A stretch of DNA of 64,000 nt. Origin: Vulcanimicrobiota bacterium (GTDB lineage Bacteria; Vulcanimicrobiota; Xenobia; Xenobiales; JADMJV01). This document shows positions 26,846 to 36,349 of the stretch, in pieces. Within the stretch, counting starts at the first letter, position 1. The number at the start of each line of letters is the position of its first letter. Both the position numbers and the translations under genes were made by a program. Under the pieces are notes generated by a model. That model saw only the letters and a program-made list of their open reading frames with translations. It ran no database searches and was not told where the DNA came from. The stretch spans positions 1,656 through 65,655 of the forward strand of contig JAEXNA010000217.1 in assembly GCA_023447635.1 (NCBI GenBank), given 5' to 3'.

Positions 26846-27025
26846 ACGACGGCTCGCCCAGCAGGCGAGCATGCACGGCTTCGAAAGTGCGCCGCGTCCA
26901 GCCCGAATCAATCGTCAGGGAGTTTTGTACCTGTCTCGGTGGCATATCCGGCGTCTAACCCCATAGTAGATTCCGGGTTTCGCCAGTGGGAAAAATTTTA
27001 AGAGGCTTCGGGAGCCCCGGAGCGG

Positions 27026-27496
27026 TTAGAGACCGCAGCAGCGCTTATACTTTTTGCCGCTACCGCAGGGGCAGACGTCGTTGCGGCCCACTTTGGGGTG
27101 GCTGCGCTTGACCGTACCGTGCTCGGTGATGTCGCCGTTGACGTACTTCCACTCGCCGTCGACCTTGGAGAAGCGAGCCTTCTCGTGATGGTTGTGGCAG
27201 CCGTGGTGGTGGTAGTGAGCCACGAATTCGACCACGCCGGTCGAATCGTCCTCGCTACCTTTCGAAGTGGTAACGACCTTCAGCGTTTCCCACTCGGGAA
27301 GCTTGCGGTCGCGCACCTCGGGCGGGAGCGGGTCGACCTGGGTGCGTTCGATATAGTCGAAGTCGCCCATGCCGAAGGCCACGAAGCGCGACCTCATCAA
27401 CTCTTCCGCAGTTCCCGCTTTGGCGCCTCCGTTAAGGAAACGACCGCAGCACTCATCGAATGGCTTTTCTAACCCACACTCACACGTCATGTCCAA
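27026..27496 (-). CDS. ychJ: YchJ-like SEC-C motif protein (UPF0225)
   Basis: N-terminal [14 protein letters not shown] and C-terminal [14 protein letters not shown] are SEC-C metal-binding motifs. The 156-aa length fits the family. Confidence 0.7.
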   Translation of the reverse strand: MDMTCECGLEKPFDECCGRFLNGGAKAGTAEELMRSRFVAFGMGDFDYIERTQVDPLPPEVRDRKLPEWETLKVVTTSKGSEDDSTGVVEFVAHYHHHGCHNHHEKARFSKVDGEWKYVNGDITEHGTVKRSHPKVGRNDVCPCGSGKKYKRCCGL

Positions 27497-27603
27497 GCCT
27501 CCTTTTGTGGCGACAGGCCATCTACCTCCAAAGATCCCCTAAGCAAAATCCCCTAGGCGATCTTGCTGCAGGTGCCCGGAAGGTAAGGCGTTAAGCATCG
27601 CCT

Positions 27604-29031
27604 ATGGAACTCGATCTCCTGGTGCTCTCGAGGCTGCAGTTTGCCTTGACCATCATGTTTCACTATCTGTTTCCCCCTCTGACTATCGGCCTTGGAATGC
27701 TGATGGTGGTTATGGAGGGCATGTGGCTTAAGACTGGCAACCCGGTGTACGAAAAGGTTGCCTACTACTGGACTCGTCTTTTTGCGGTCAACTTCGCTAT
27801 GGGCGTGGCCACCGGGATCGTGATGGAGTTTCAGTTCGGCACGAACTGGGCTACCTACTCACGCTTTGTGGGCGACGTCTTCGGGTCGGCGTTGGCAGCC
27901 GAGGGGATCTTCGCCTTCTTCCTGGAGTCGGGTTTCCTGGGCGTGGTCGTCTTTGGTTGGAACAAGGTGTCGCCGAAGTTTCACTACTTTGCCACCTGTA
28001 TGGTCTGCCTGGGCGGGTTCTTCTCGTCGGTCTGGATCGTGATCGCCAACAGTTGGATGCAGACCCCGGCGGGCTACCACCTGGTCGAGCACAACGGCCG
28101 TATGCGGGCCGAGATCACCGACTTCTGGGCGATGGTGTTCAATCCGTCGACCCCGGACCGCCTGGTGCACGTCTGGCTGGGCTGCTTTATCCTGGGCGCC
28201 TTCTTCGCGCTTTCGATCTCGGCATGGTACCTGCTCAAGGGGCGCTATCAGGAAGAGTCTCGCGTGATGTTCAAGGTGTCGCTGGTCTTCGCCGTGGTCT
28301 CTTCGACCCTGATGGGGATGTCGGGCGACTCGAACGCCAAGATGGTGGCTCGAGAGCAGCCGGTGAAACTGGCCGCGCTGGAGGGTCACTACACGACGGG
28401 CACCGGGGGAACCGGAATGTACCTTTGGGGCCTCCCTGACTCGGAGACGGCCACCGTGCGCTACGGAGTGGAGGTCCCTTACTTGCTCAGCGCCCTGGTC
28501 TATCACCAGTTGGACAAGCCGGTTCCCGGTCTCGACCAGGTGCCAAAAGACGAGTGGCCCAACGTGATGGTGACGTTCTGGTCCTACCGGGTGATGATCG
28601 GCTGCGGCTGCTTCTTTATGGCGCTGTCCTGGCTGGCGCTCTTCGTCAACTGGAAGTCCAACGTAGAGAAGTACCCCTGGCTGCTGAAGGTTTGCGTGAT
28701 CTCGGTGCTGCCTGCCTATATCGCCAACCAGGCGGGATGGGTGGCCGCAGAAGCGGGTCGCCAACCCTGGATCGTGTATCGCTTGCTGCGTACCCGCGAC
28801 GGCTTGTCCGGCTCGGTGCAAAGTGGGGAAGTGCTGGCCTCGATCCTGATGTTCGGCACGGTCTACGTCTTGCTATTCGTGGTCTGGGTCTACGTGATGA
28901 ACGAAAAGATCCAGCACGGGCCGAAGTTGCCGCCGCCCCGCCCGGAGTCGCAGACCGGCTTACGCGGTCTTGCCGACGCGGCCGCCGAGGAAGTCGATCC
29001 GAGCCGCGGCGACGTGATGAAGGAGTCTTAG
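27604..29031 (+). CDS. cydA: Cytochrome bd ubiquinol oxidase subunit I
   Basis: The N-terminus [41 protein letters not shown] is a conserved CydA helix carrying the heme ligand His. The Q-loop and 9 TMs are present. Confidence 0.9.
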   Translation: MELDLLVLSRLQFALTIMFHYLFPPLTIGLGMLMVVMEGMWLKTGNPVYEKVAYYWTRLFAVNFAMGVATGIVMEFQFGTNWATYSRFVGDVFGSALAAEGIFAFFLESGFLGVVVFGWNKVSPKFHYFATCMVCLGGFFSSVWIVIANSWMQTPAGYHLVEHNGRMRAEITDFWAMVFNPSTPDRLVHVWLGCFILGAFFALSISAWYLLKGRYQEESRVMFKVSLVFAVVSSTLMGMSGDSNAKMVAREQPVKLAALEGHYTTGTGGTGMYLWGLPDSETATVRYGVEVPYLLSALVYHQLDKPVPGLDQVPKDEWPNVMVTFWSYRVMIGCGCFFMALSWLALFVNWKSNVEKYPWLLKVCVISVLPAYIANQAGWVAAEAGRQPWIVYRLLRTRDGLSGSVQSGEVLASILMFGTVYVLLFVVWVYVMNEKIQHGPKLPPPRPESQTGLRGLADAAAEEVDPSRGDVMKES

Positions 29032-29036
29032 AAGCT

Positions 29037-30053
29037 ATGGAACTCGAAGTTTTCTGGTTCTGCCTGATCGGCGTGCTGCTGGCGGGCTACGCCTTCCTTG
29101 ACGGTTTCGACCTGGGCGTCGGGATCGTGTTCTATGCAGCGCGCACGGACAAAGAGCGCCGCCTGTTCATGAACTCGATCGGGCCGATCTGGGACGGCAA
29201 CGAGGTCTGGCTGGTCACCTTCGGCGGCGCGCTGTTCGCGGCGTTCCCCGAGGTCTACGCCACTTCGTTCTCAGCTTTCTACCTGCCGTTTATGCTGTTG
29301 CTGGTCTGCCTGATCTTCCGGGCGGTCTCGATGGAGTTTCGTAGTAAGGTGACTTCCACGGTGTGGCGCAAGGCCTGGGACTTCGCCTTTTTCGCCTCCT
29401 GTACCATGGCGTCGTTCCTGTTTGGCGTGGCTGTAGGGAACTCGATGGTCGGTCTGCCCATCGATGGCAACCGGGAATACACCGGCCACGTGGGCCATCT
29501 GCTGACCTTTTACCCCCTGCTGGTGGGCTGCCTGGTGGTGGCGCTGTTCGCCTTGCACGGCAGTGTCTATCTGTTCTTGAAGACCGAGGGCGAACTGCAG
29601 GATAGGCTGAAGCCGCTGATGTGGAAGTCGTTTGGCTGCTTCCTGGTGCTGTACCTGATGGCCACCATTATTACCCTGGTCACACTGCCTCAGGCGGTGG
29701 AGCCGTTCCGTCAGCCGGGCCCGGCCTGGATCGCGGTAGTGGTCAGTATTCTGGCTCTGTGCAACATCCCTCGCGCGCTGTATCAGAACCAGCCGGGACA
29801 GGCGTTCCTGTCCAGCGGCGCGACCATTCTGGCGCTGACCGCGCTTTTCGGCGCGGCGCTGTTCCCCAACATGATGGTCTCTTCGCTGGGGCCCGAGTAC
29901 AACCTGACCATCTACAACTCGGCCTCCTCCCAGGCCACCCTGCGGATTATGCAGATCGTGGCCTTCATGGGGCTGCCGTTCGTGCTGTCCTACTCGGGAG
30001 CGGTGTACTGGGTGTTCCGCGGTAAGGTGAAGTTGGACGACACCTCGTACTAG
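29037..30053 (+). CDS. cydB: Cytochrome bd ubiquinol oxidase subunit II
   Basis: MELEVFWFCLIGVLLAGYAFLDGFDLGVG and PIWDGNEVWLV are CydB signatures. The ATG lies 6 nt after the cydA stop; the ORF tool's longer upstream extension is disregarded. Confidence 0.9.
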   Translation: MELEVFWFCLIGVLLAGYAFLDGFDLGVGIVFYAARTDKERRLFMNSIGPIWDGNEVWLVTFGGALFAAFPEVYATSFSAFYLPFMLLLVCLIFRAVSMEFRSKVTSTVWRKAWDFAFFASCTMASFLFGVAVGNSMVGLPIDGNREYTGHVGHLLTFYPLLVGCLVVALFALHGSVYLFLKTEGELQDRLKPLMWKSFGCFLVLYLMATIITLVTLPQAVEPFRQPGPAWIAVVVSILALCNIPRALYQNQPGQAFLSSGATILALTALFGAALFPNMMVSSLGPEYNLTIYNSASSQATLRIMQIVAFMGLPFVLSYSGAVYWVFRGKVKLDDTSY

Positions 30054-30070
30054 CGTTGGAGCTCTAGCTT

Positions 30071-30553
30071 TTAACGGCGGATCCGGACCAGGGTGCCGGC
30101 GTTGCCGCGTAACAGCTCTTCCGAGGTCATCCTCAGAAGCGCGCGAGGGCTTCCTCCACCCCCAAAAAGGGTGCGCAGTTCCATCACCCTGGGGTCGACT
30201 AGGCAGGGGACATCCACGCCGACCGGCGGGGTGCCTCCACAGGGGAATCCGGTGTGCTCCAACACCTCGTCCGGGGTGGCAATGCGCGCAGTGGTCTGTA
30301 GCGCCTTACCAACTCGGGTCGAGCTGACTTTGTCCACGCCTCGGACCACGGCCAGCACGAAGCGGCCGTCTTCCGTCAGGCAGCCGATCGATTTGATGAA
30401 GTCGCCCGGCGTCACGCCCGCGGCTTCGGCGGCCTCGGCGACGGAGTGGCAGCTTTGTTCAAATACCAGATGCTCGGCTTCGATCTGGCGGGCTTCGAGT
30501 TCGCGGGAGAGTTTGGCTTCGTAGTCGGCTTCGGTGGCGCTGCTATGGCTCAT
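30071..30553 (-). CDS. YbaK/ProX-type aminoacyl-tRNA editing deacylase
   Basis: 160 aa. GFPCGGTPPVG matches the YbaK GxxxGGxxP(x)G substrate loop, and the protein has a YbaK-like fold length. Confidence 0.7.
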   Translation of the reverse strand: MSHSSATEADYEAKLSRELEARQIEAEHLVFEQSCHSVAEAAEAAGVTPGDFIKSIGCLTEDGRFVLAVVRGVDKVSSTRVGKALQTTARIATPDEVLEHTGFPCGGTPPVGVDVPCLVDPRVMELRTLFGGGGSPRALLRMTSEELLRGNAGTLVRIRR

Positions 30554-31263
30554 GGTGCTGCGCTTTGACCCGACGGGTGAGGATCCTGGGGCGTCTTGCC
30601 TCCCAGATGACCGTCTTCAAGATGGATGATGCGGTCGGCGATGTCGTGGATACGCGGATCGTGGGTCACCACCAGCACCGTGGTGCCTTGCTCTCGCGCC
30701 AATTTCTGCAGCTGGTCCACCACTTCTCGCCCTGACTGGCTGTCGAGCGCGGCCGTCGGCTCGTCGGCCAGTACCAGCTGCGGATGTCCGACCAGCGCGC
30801 GGGCGATGGCCACTCGCTGCCTTTGCCCTCCCGACAGCTGTTCGGGGTACTTGTGGCCGTGTTCGGACAGCCCCACGGCGGCCAGGATGTCGGTGATCCG
30901 GCGGGTCCGCTCGCGCACTCCCATCCCCCTGAGTTCCAGCGGCAGGCTGATGTTCTGCGCGGCGGTCAGAAAGCTCATCAGGTTGTGCGCCTGGAAAATG
31001 AAGCCGATGTCGGTGCGCAGCTTGCGTCGGGCTCGTTCGGAGGCGCCGGAGAGCTCTTTCCCCAGCACCTTCAGCGAGCCGTTCTGCAGGGCGCGCAGGG
31101 TCCCGATCAGGGTCAACAAGGTGGTCTTCCCTCCACCTGACGGCCCCACCATCAGGACGATCTCGCCTTTGGGAACCTCCAGATTGATGTCGAACAGGAT
31201 CTGCTTGCGCAGCTTGCCCGAGCCGTAGCTGAAGTTGAGGTCTTTCGCGACGATGGCTGACAC
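30550..31263 (-). CDS. ABC transporter ATP-binding protein (MacB/LolD/DevA type)
   Basis: Walker A GPSGGGKTT, signature LSGGQRQRVAIARAL, Walker B LADEPTAALD and H-loop VTHD. It overlaps the permease gene. Confidence 0.85.
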   Translation of the reverse strand: MSAIVAKDLNFSYGSGKLRKQILFDINLEVPKGEIVLMVGPSGGGKTTLLTLIGTLRALQNGSLKVLGKELSGASERARRKLRTDIGFIFQAHNLMSFLTAAQNISLPLELRGMGVRERTRRITDILAAVGLSEHGHKYPEQLSGGQRQRVAIARALVGHPQLVLADEPTAALDSQSGREVVDQLQKLAREQGTTVLVVTHDPRIHDIADRIIHLEDGHLGGKTPQDPHPSGQSAAP

Positions 31264-31269
31264 GGCTTG

Positions 31270-32433
31270 TTAGAAAATCTCCGCAGGGTCAGCCGCGTTC
31301 AGGCGGCGCGAGGCGATTATGGCCGAAAAGGCGCACATAGCGACGGTGGCCAACAGAACGCCCTGGGCCCGCTCCCCGGTCATATAGATCGGGAGGTTGG
31401 TCGCGGCGTGGGCAGCGGTGTAGAAGCCGGTGGCGATGAAGTAGCCGGGCAGGTAGCCCAGGCAGGCCAGCAGCAGCGCCTCGAACAGAAGGATGGAACT
31501 CAGGGTCGAGGTGCCGTAGCCCATCGCTTTCATGGTCGCGTATTCGGCCAGGTGGTCGTTCACGTCGCTGTGCAGGATCTGATAGACGATAATCACTCCC
31601 ACCACAAATCCCAGCACCACTCCCAGATTGAAGATGTAGCCGATCGGGGTGGCGGTCCGCCAGTAAGCTCGTTCGCGCTCGACGAACTCTTGCTTGGTGG
31701 CGACCGTGCCGGTCTGCCCGGTGATGGCGTTCAGGTCGCGCGCCACTTTCACCGGGTCGGCACCGGGCCTGAGGCGGATCACTCCCACCTCGATATCGCG
31801 CGGCTTATGGTAGGGGAAGATGCGATGAAAAGTCGTGTCCGAGCAGATGATGTTGCCGTCGGCCCCGAACCCGGCGCCGATAGTGGCAAGGCCCACGGCG
31901 CGCACTTTGACCCGGTTGATCTCGGTGGTGACGGGGCCGTCTTTCGTCAGCATGTCGGGGATCGGGCCGAATTCCGGACGGCTCTGCTCGTCGAACAAGA
32001 CGTCGCCGAACCGTTTGAGTTTGTCCACTTCGGCGCGCGAGGCGATGCGTTCGTCGAACAGGCTGGTGTAGGGGTCGTAGCCCAGCACCAGGATACCTCG
32101 GTCGGTTTTGTTGAGCGGGTTTTTCCAGGGGATGATCCCCAAGTAGAGGGCGGCTACCTCCTGCACGTCGGCGTGGCCCAGGGTGCGGTACAGGGTCGAA
32201 CGCTCGATGGGGAGGGGAGCGATCAGGGTCTGAAAGTTCTTGTTGACGACGAACAGGTCGCCTTTGACGGCCTCCTGGACGGTCGAGGTCGAGATGAACA
32301 GGGCGTCGCGGATGGCTAACTGCATCAGCATCAGAACATCGGCAAAGGCGATGCCCAGGACGGCGATGAGCAGGCGGGTACGCTCTTTTTTGAGAACCCG
32401 CCAGGCGAGCAGCAGGCGACGCCAGAGGCTCAA
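31270..32433 (-). CDS. ABC transporter permease, FtsX/DevC-like
   Basis: 387 aa with an N-terminal TM, a large periplasmic domain and three C-terminal TMs (FtsX-like). It overlaps the adaptor gene by 4 nt. Confidence 0.75.
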   Translation of the reverse strand: MSLWRRLLLAWRVLKKERTRLLIAVLGIAFADVLMLMQLAIRDALFISTSTVQEAVKGDLFVVNKNFQTLIAPLPIERSTLYRTLGHADVQEVAALYLGIIPWKNPLNKTDRGILVLGYDPYTSLFDERIASRAEVDKLKRFGDVLFDEQSRPEFGPIPDMLTKDGPVTTEINRVKVRAVGLATIGAGFGADGNIICSDTTFHRIFPYHKPRDIEVGVIRLRPGADPVKVARDLNAITGQTGTVATKQEFVERERAYWRTATPIGYIFNLGVVLGFVVGVIIVYQILHSDVNDHLAEYATMKAMGYGTSTLSSILLFEALLLACLGYLPGYFIATGFYTAAHAATNLPIYMTGERAQGVLLATVAMCAFSAIIASRRLNAADPAEIF

Positions 32434-33587
32434 GGCTTGGCGACCTCGATGACCGCTTCGGCCTGCAGGTTCGAGAGGCGCTGAAGTTCGGGCACCCCGG
32501 CCATGTCCAGTCCTATTTCGACTTCGACCACGCGCTGGTCGAAGTTCTCACCGGGGATGTTGCTGAAGATGCGCTGGCGCAGCACCTGCTCGCCCAACTT
32601 CTGGACTTTGCCATGGACCGGCCTGGTCAGGGCGGGAGAGCGCACTTCGGCGACCATCCCCAGGTGGACCCGAGCGGCGTCTTGCTGGTGCACTTCGGCG
32701 ATGGCTACCATCTGATCAACCTGCCCGATCTCGGCCAGGCCGCCCTCTTTGGGAAGCTCGCCGGTGCGGGTCAAGATCTCGAGCACTTTGCCGCTGATGG
32801 GCGAGCGCACGGTGGTCTTTTCCAGTTCGGAGCGGACCCGCTCGATGTCGGCTCGCGCCATGTCGATCTCGGCCTGAGCCAGGCGGACGTCGCTGGGGCG
32901 GACTTCGGCGATACGGTCGAGTTCGCCGCGGGCCGATTCCACGCTGGAACGCAGGGTCGCGTCGAGGCGGGACTTGGCCTGCTCTAGCTCTTCGCGCTCG
33001 CGGCGGCGCAGCAGGTAGTCGGTCTCTTTTTGCTCGTAGACGGACTGGCTGACGGCGCCGTCGCTGAATAGTTTTTGATAGCGCTGCCATTCGCGGGTGG
33101 CGGTCTCTTCGGCGGCGCGGGCGCGGCGGATGGAGGTTTCGCGCTCTTCGAGTCCTAGCGAGCGCTCGCGCTGCAGACGTTCGATTTCGGCCTCCTGGCG
33201 TCGGATCTCGCCACCTTTGGCGCCGGCTTCGACCTGAGCTTTGGCGGCGACGGCTCGCTGTAGCTGGGCTTCGGCTTTGGCCAGGTCGGCGCGCAGCAGG
33301 GTGTCCGAGTCCATGACGGCGATCGCTTGCCCTTTTTGAACCGTGTCGCCCTCTTTGACCAACCAGGTTTTGACCGGTTCGTTGGCCCGTCCTACGGGTG
33401 GGGCGACGGTATGAATCTCTCCCACCGGCTCCAGCCGGGCCAGGGCCGAGACGGCTAGCAGCGCTTCCGGGGTGGGAGTTGTGGTGGGGCTGGGCGAGGC
33501 GCCGGGGCCGGCGCTGCAGGAGGCTAGCGCAAAGCTGAGCAGGGCCACGGCCAGGGCCTGTTGGAGAGGTTTGTTGGAGAGGGTCAT
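32430..33587 (-). CDS. HlyD-family periplasmic adaptor subunit (DevB-like)
   Basis: Lipoprotein-like signal ALLSFALASCS, long coiled-coil segments (AEAQLQRAVAAKAQVEAG...), and beta-barrel/lipoyl motifs. It sits in an operon with the ABC ATPase and the FtsX permease. Confidence 0.75.
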   Translation of the reverse strand: MTLSNKPLQQALAVALLSFALASCSAGPGASPSPTTTPTPEALLAVSALARLEPVGEIHTVAPPVGRANEPVKTWLVKEGDTVQKGQAIAVMDSDTLLRADLAKAEAQLQRAVAAKAQVEAGAKGGEIRRQEAEIERLQRERSLGLEERETSIRRARAAEETATREWQRYQKLFSDGAVSQSVYEQKETDYLLRRREREELEQAKSRLDATLRSSVESARGELDRIAEVRPSDVRLAQAEIDMARADIERVRSELEKTTVRSPISGKVLEILTRTGELPKEGGLAEIGQVDQMVAIAEVHQQDAARVHLGMVAEVRSPALTRPVHGKVQKLGEQVLRQRIFSNIPGENFDQRVVEVEIGLDMAGVPELQRLSNLQAEAVIEVAKP

Positions 33588-34159
33588 GGTGTGTTGAGGC
33601 CTCCGGCCAGGCGCCGGCCGAACAGGGTGAGCACTTCGCTGAAGTTGGACTGGTTGTCGTCGTACTGACGGTGGAAGATCAGGCCGTCAGCCAGAGAGGC
33701 GAGCATGGTGGTGAGCGGTTCGCGGATGGCCGGCTCGATGCTCGGGTCGTCGAAGATGGAGCGCAGGATCGCTTTGAACTGCTCGTAGAGGGGGCGCAGG
33801 CTGTCTTTGTAGTCGTCGTCCATCTGCAGTACTTCGCACCAGAGGCGGTTCTGGCGGGCCAGGTAGACTTCGTTACGATCCAGGAAGTCGCCCAGACGCT
33901 GGAGTTTGTCCAGCATGCTGCCATCTTTGCCCACCACGTCGCTGAGGGTGCCCAGGATGCTGTGGGCGACGGTTTGCACAACGCTTTCGAAGAGGGCGGT
34001 TTTGTCGGGGAAGTAGTGGTAGAGCGTGCCCGGGGTGACCCCCGCGGCGCTCGCGAGTTGCTTCATGGTGCAGCGGGTGAAGCCGTGGTCGGCAAAGGTG
34101 GAGAAGCACTGCCAGATCAGCTGGTCGCGATATTCTTCGTGGTCGACGATTTTTGGCAT
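33584..34159 (-). CDS. TetR/AcrR family transcriptional regulator
   Basis: The N-terminal HTH FSTFADHGFTRCTMKQLASAAGVTPGTLYHYFPDK is the TetR_N signature. It is the first gene of the exporter operon. Confidence 0.8.
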   Translation of the reverse strand: MPKIVDHEEYRDQLIWQCFSTFADHGFTRCTMKQLASAAGVTPGTLYHYFPDKTALFESVVQTVAHSILGTLSDVVGKDGSMLDKLQRLGDFLDRNEVYLARQNRLWCEVLQMDDDYKDSLRPLYEQFKAILRSIFDDPSIEPAIREPLTTMLASLADGLIFHRQYDDNQSNFSEVLTLFGRRLAGGLNTP

Positions 34160-34257
34160 GGTGGCTCAGGGGGGATGAGGCCGTGCCTTTGGGCCTGGCC
34201 TCCCTGTGGACCACTCTAGCTCTTTTATTTTGAACGGTCAATCTAAATAAGGGCGAG

Positions 34258-34378
34258 TGGTGGGCTGGCTTCGCGAAATGTGGGCATTGAAGCCCATTTT
34301 GCCTGACGCCAGTGGACATGTTGGGTCTGGCTTCGCGAAATGTGGGCTTCAACGCCCACATTCCGCGAAGCCACTGGC
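34258..34378. repeat. Two inverted-orientation copies of the 17.5-kb tandem repeat unit (GGCTTCGCGAAATGTGGGC...GCCCACATT...)
   Basis: tggcttcgcgaaatgtgggcattgaagcccatttt and ggcttcgcgaaatgtgggcttcaacgcccacattccgcgaagcc are reverse complements of the 17550-17940 unit. Confidence 0.75.
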
Positions 34379-34379
34379 G

Positions 34380-35015
34380 CTATGCGCGGCTAGGCATCGG
34401 GGGCCAGGCTTTCTTCCAGCAGTCCAGGGCCTCGATGCGAGCGTACCAGGCGCGAAGGCTGGCATAGTCATCCCACGGCACTCCGGCCATCGGAGCATAG
34501 CCCAGCGATGCGGCAAGGGAGAAGTCGGCCAGGGTCAGTTGGTCGCCGCAGACCCAGGTCCGACTGGCGAGTTGCGCTTCCAGCACAGCCGCGTGCTTGT
34601 GGAATAGGGCGGTTCCGCGCTCGATTTCGGCGGGGTCGGGAGGTCCCATCTTGAACATCCGCTTGACCAGGTTCTCGAACATGAAAACACGCATGGCTTG
34701 TCCCCAATGGGCCAACTGCCAGCAGAGCCAACGACTGACGTCGGCCTGCTGTCGAGGGTCGGCCGGCCAGAGTTTGGTATCGCCAGCCTTGTGAGCGAGA
34801 TACTGCATGATCGCGGTCGACTCCCAGAGTTTGAAGTCGTCGTCGACCAGAGTGGGCATCAGGCGATTAGGGTTGATCTGGCCATACTCGTCGCTTTTCA
34901 TCGTTCCAGCGGCGAAGTCGACGGGGACACTCTCGACATCGAGTCCCAGATAATGGATGACGGCCCACACTTTGATAGCGTTGGGAGAGGCGGCGAAGTT
35001 GTAGAGTTTCATCAT
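34380..35015 (-). CDS. Glutathione S-transferase
   Basis: A thioredoxin-like N-domain (MKLYNFAASPNAIKVWAVIHYLGLDVE...) plus a helical GST_C. The start is taken at MMKLY; the 56-aa upstream extension in the ORF track is unlikely to be real. Confidence 0.75.
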   Translation of the reverse strand: MMKLYNFAASPNAIKVWAVIHYLGLDVESVPVDFAAGTMKSDEYGQINPNRLMPTLVDDDFKLWESTAIMQYLAHKAGDTKLWPADPRQQADVSRWLCWQLAHWGQAMRVFMFENLVKRMFKMGPPDPAEIERGTALFHKHAAVLEAQLASRTWVCGDQLTLADFSLAASLGYAPMAGVPWDDYASLRAWYARIEALDCWKKAWPPMPSRA

Positions 35016-35194
35016 AGGCTCCATTCCGTTGGCCCCAGGTGGGGAGATTGCCGGTCCCTTTTTCGCTGGAAGTGGAATCCCTCGCGTCCCTTCACAGTGC
35101 GCCCGGTCCCTGTTCAAGAATTTGCCATGGTTTTGTTTCAAGTTGGCAAGTATCTGCTCATCTGGAGGACACATGAGCACCATTAAATGAGCCT

Positions 35195-35530
35195 ATGTTC
35201 AACACTCCACTTCATAAAATCCTGACGAACTTACGCCTCTCCCGTAATATGGGACAGGCCGAGTCCGGCGCACTTTTAGGCATCAGCCAGTAACGCTGGA
35301 GCGCCTTCGAGTGCGGAACCCGCCGACCCAACAACGAGGAACTCGCCATGCTGCGTGAGCAGTTTGGCGACTTCGCGACCGAGCCGCCGCCGTGCGCCCT
35401 GCTACGGACCTTGCGAGACCGACCTCGGGCCCACCGCCCAATAGCCTTGCCGGTGCTGGAGAAGCCGGACCGACCAGCAGACTTTTTCTATCGCCTGGTT
35501 TGTCAAGACTATCCCGCTCCGGTCGGATAG
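35195..35530 (+). pseudogene. XRE-family HTH regulator interrupted by an in-frame TAA at 35291-35293
   Basis: MFNTPLHKILTNLRLSRNMGQAESGALLGISQ reaches a TAA, then continues in the same frame as RWSAFECGTRRPNNEELAMLREQFGDF.... This is the classic HTH_XRE helix 2-3 (ISQ...RWExG.r.P), split by a stop codon. The 5' end is AT-rich. Confidence 0.5.
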
Positions 35531-35574
35531 CGGACGGGAGAGGGTGGCGTCATCTGGCGGCCGAAGCCGCAGGT

Positions 35575-36240
35575 ATGTCACAGAATCCCGCTCCTGTTCC
35601 GTCCCTGCTCCACGAGGGAGTCCGCTATGAAGCTCCGCACACCAACCCCGAAGCCGAGGAAGGGGCGGCGAGGCTGCGCGTGATCACGCTGCACCTGGAG
35701 CAGGCTATGCGCAGAGGGATGACGGCCGGCGAGCCGGTGGACCCGCAGAGTCGCGCCTGGCTGGAAGGCGCTCTCGCGGACTGCCCGGTGCCCGCCGACG
35801 AGATTCGCTCCTTTCTGGAACTGATGGAGTTCCAGGCGACCGTGGCGCCGGTCATGATGCGGGTCACTCAGCAGATGCTCTCCAAGGTCATGCCGGCCGG
35901 AAAGCTGCCGACCCTCGAAGGACCCGATCTCAGAGCAGCGCTAGAAGCGGACGGGACCCTGACGCCGGAGCAGATCGACAGAGTGCTCGACGACATCACC
36001 GGACCGTTCGCCGGACCTCGACCTTCGGCCAACGGCGGCCGCCTGGTGGCCCTCGACGAGCAGAGCGGAGAGAAGCTCTGGGAACTTCAGGTCTACCGCA
36101 ACGACGGAGCGGCCGAGGAGGTGTACGTCACCGGACTCGACAGTCAGGGAGAGGACATCCTGGTCCGCGATCAGTCGGGCCGCGTCCATCGCGTCAACTC
36201 CGTCATCAAGAAGGTCACGGAAGTCATCATCGCGCCCTGA
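35575..36240 (+). CDS. Hypothetical protein (about 220 aa)
   Basis: The ORF with high GC3 begins MSQNPAPVPSLLHEG. No recognisable domain. The start position is accurate to about 1 nt. Confidence 0.4.
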   Translation: MSQNPAPVPSLLHEGVRYEAPHTNPEAEEGAARLRVITLHLEQAMRRGMTAGEPVDPQSRAWLEGALADCPVPADEIRSFLELMEFQATVAPVMMRVTQQMLSKVMPAGKLPTLEGPDLRAALEADGTLTPEQIDRVLDDITGPFAGPRPSANGGRLVALDEQSGEKLWELQVYRNDGAAEEVYVTGLDSQGEDILVRDQSGRVHRVNSVIKKVTEVIIAP

Positions 36241-36349
36241 CAGGCCTTGTCGCCGTGGTCTCCCATTTCCCACCAGAAGAGTCGGGCGGGACCTCTGGCA
36301 GAAGACTTGCGGATTCGTTCGCTTAGCTTCCCATCATGAAGAGGTCGCT

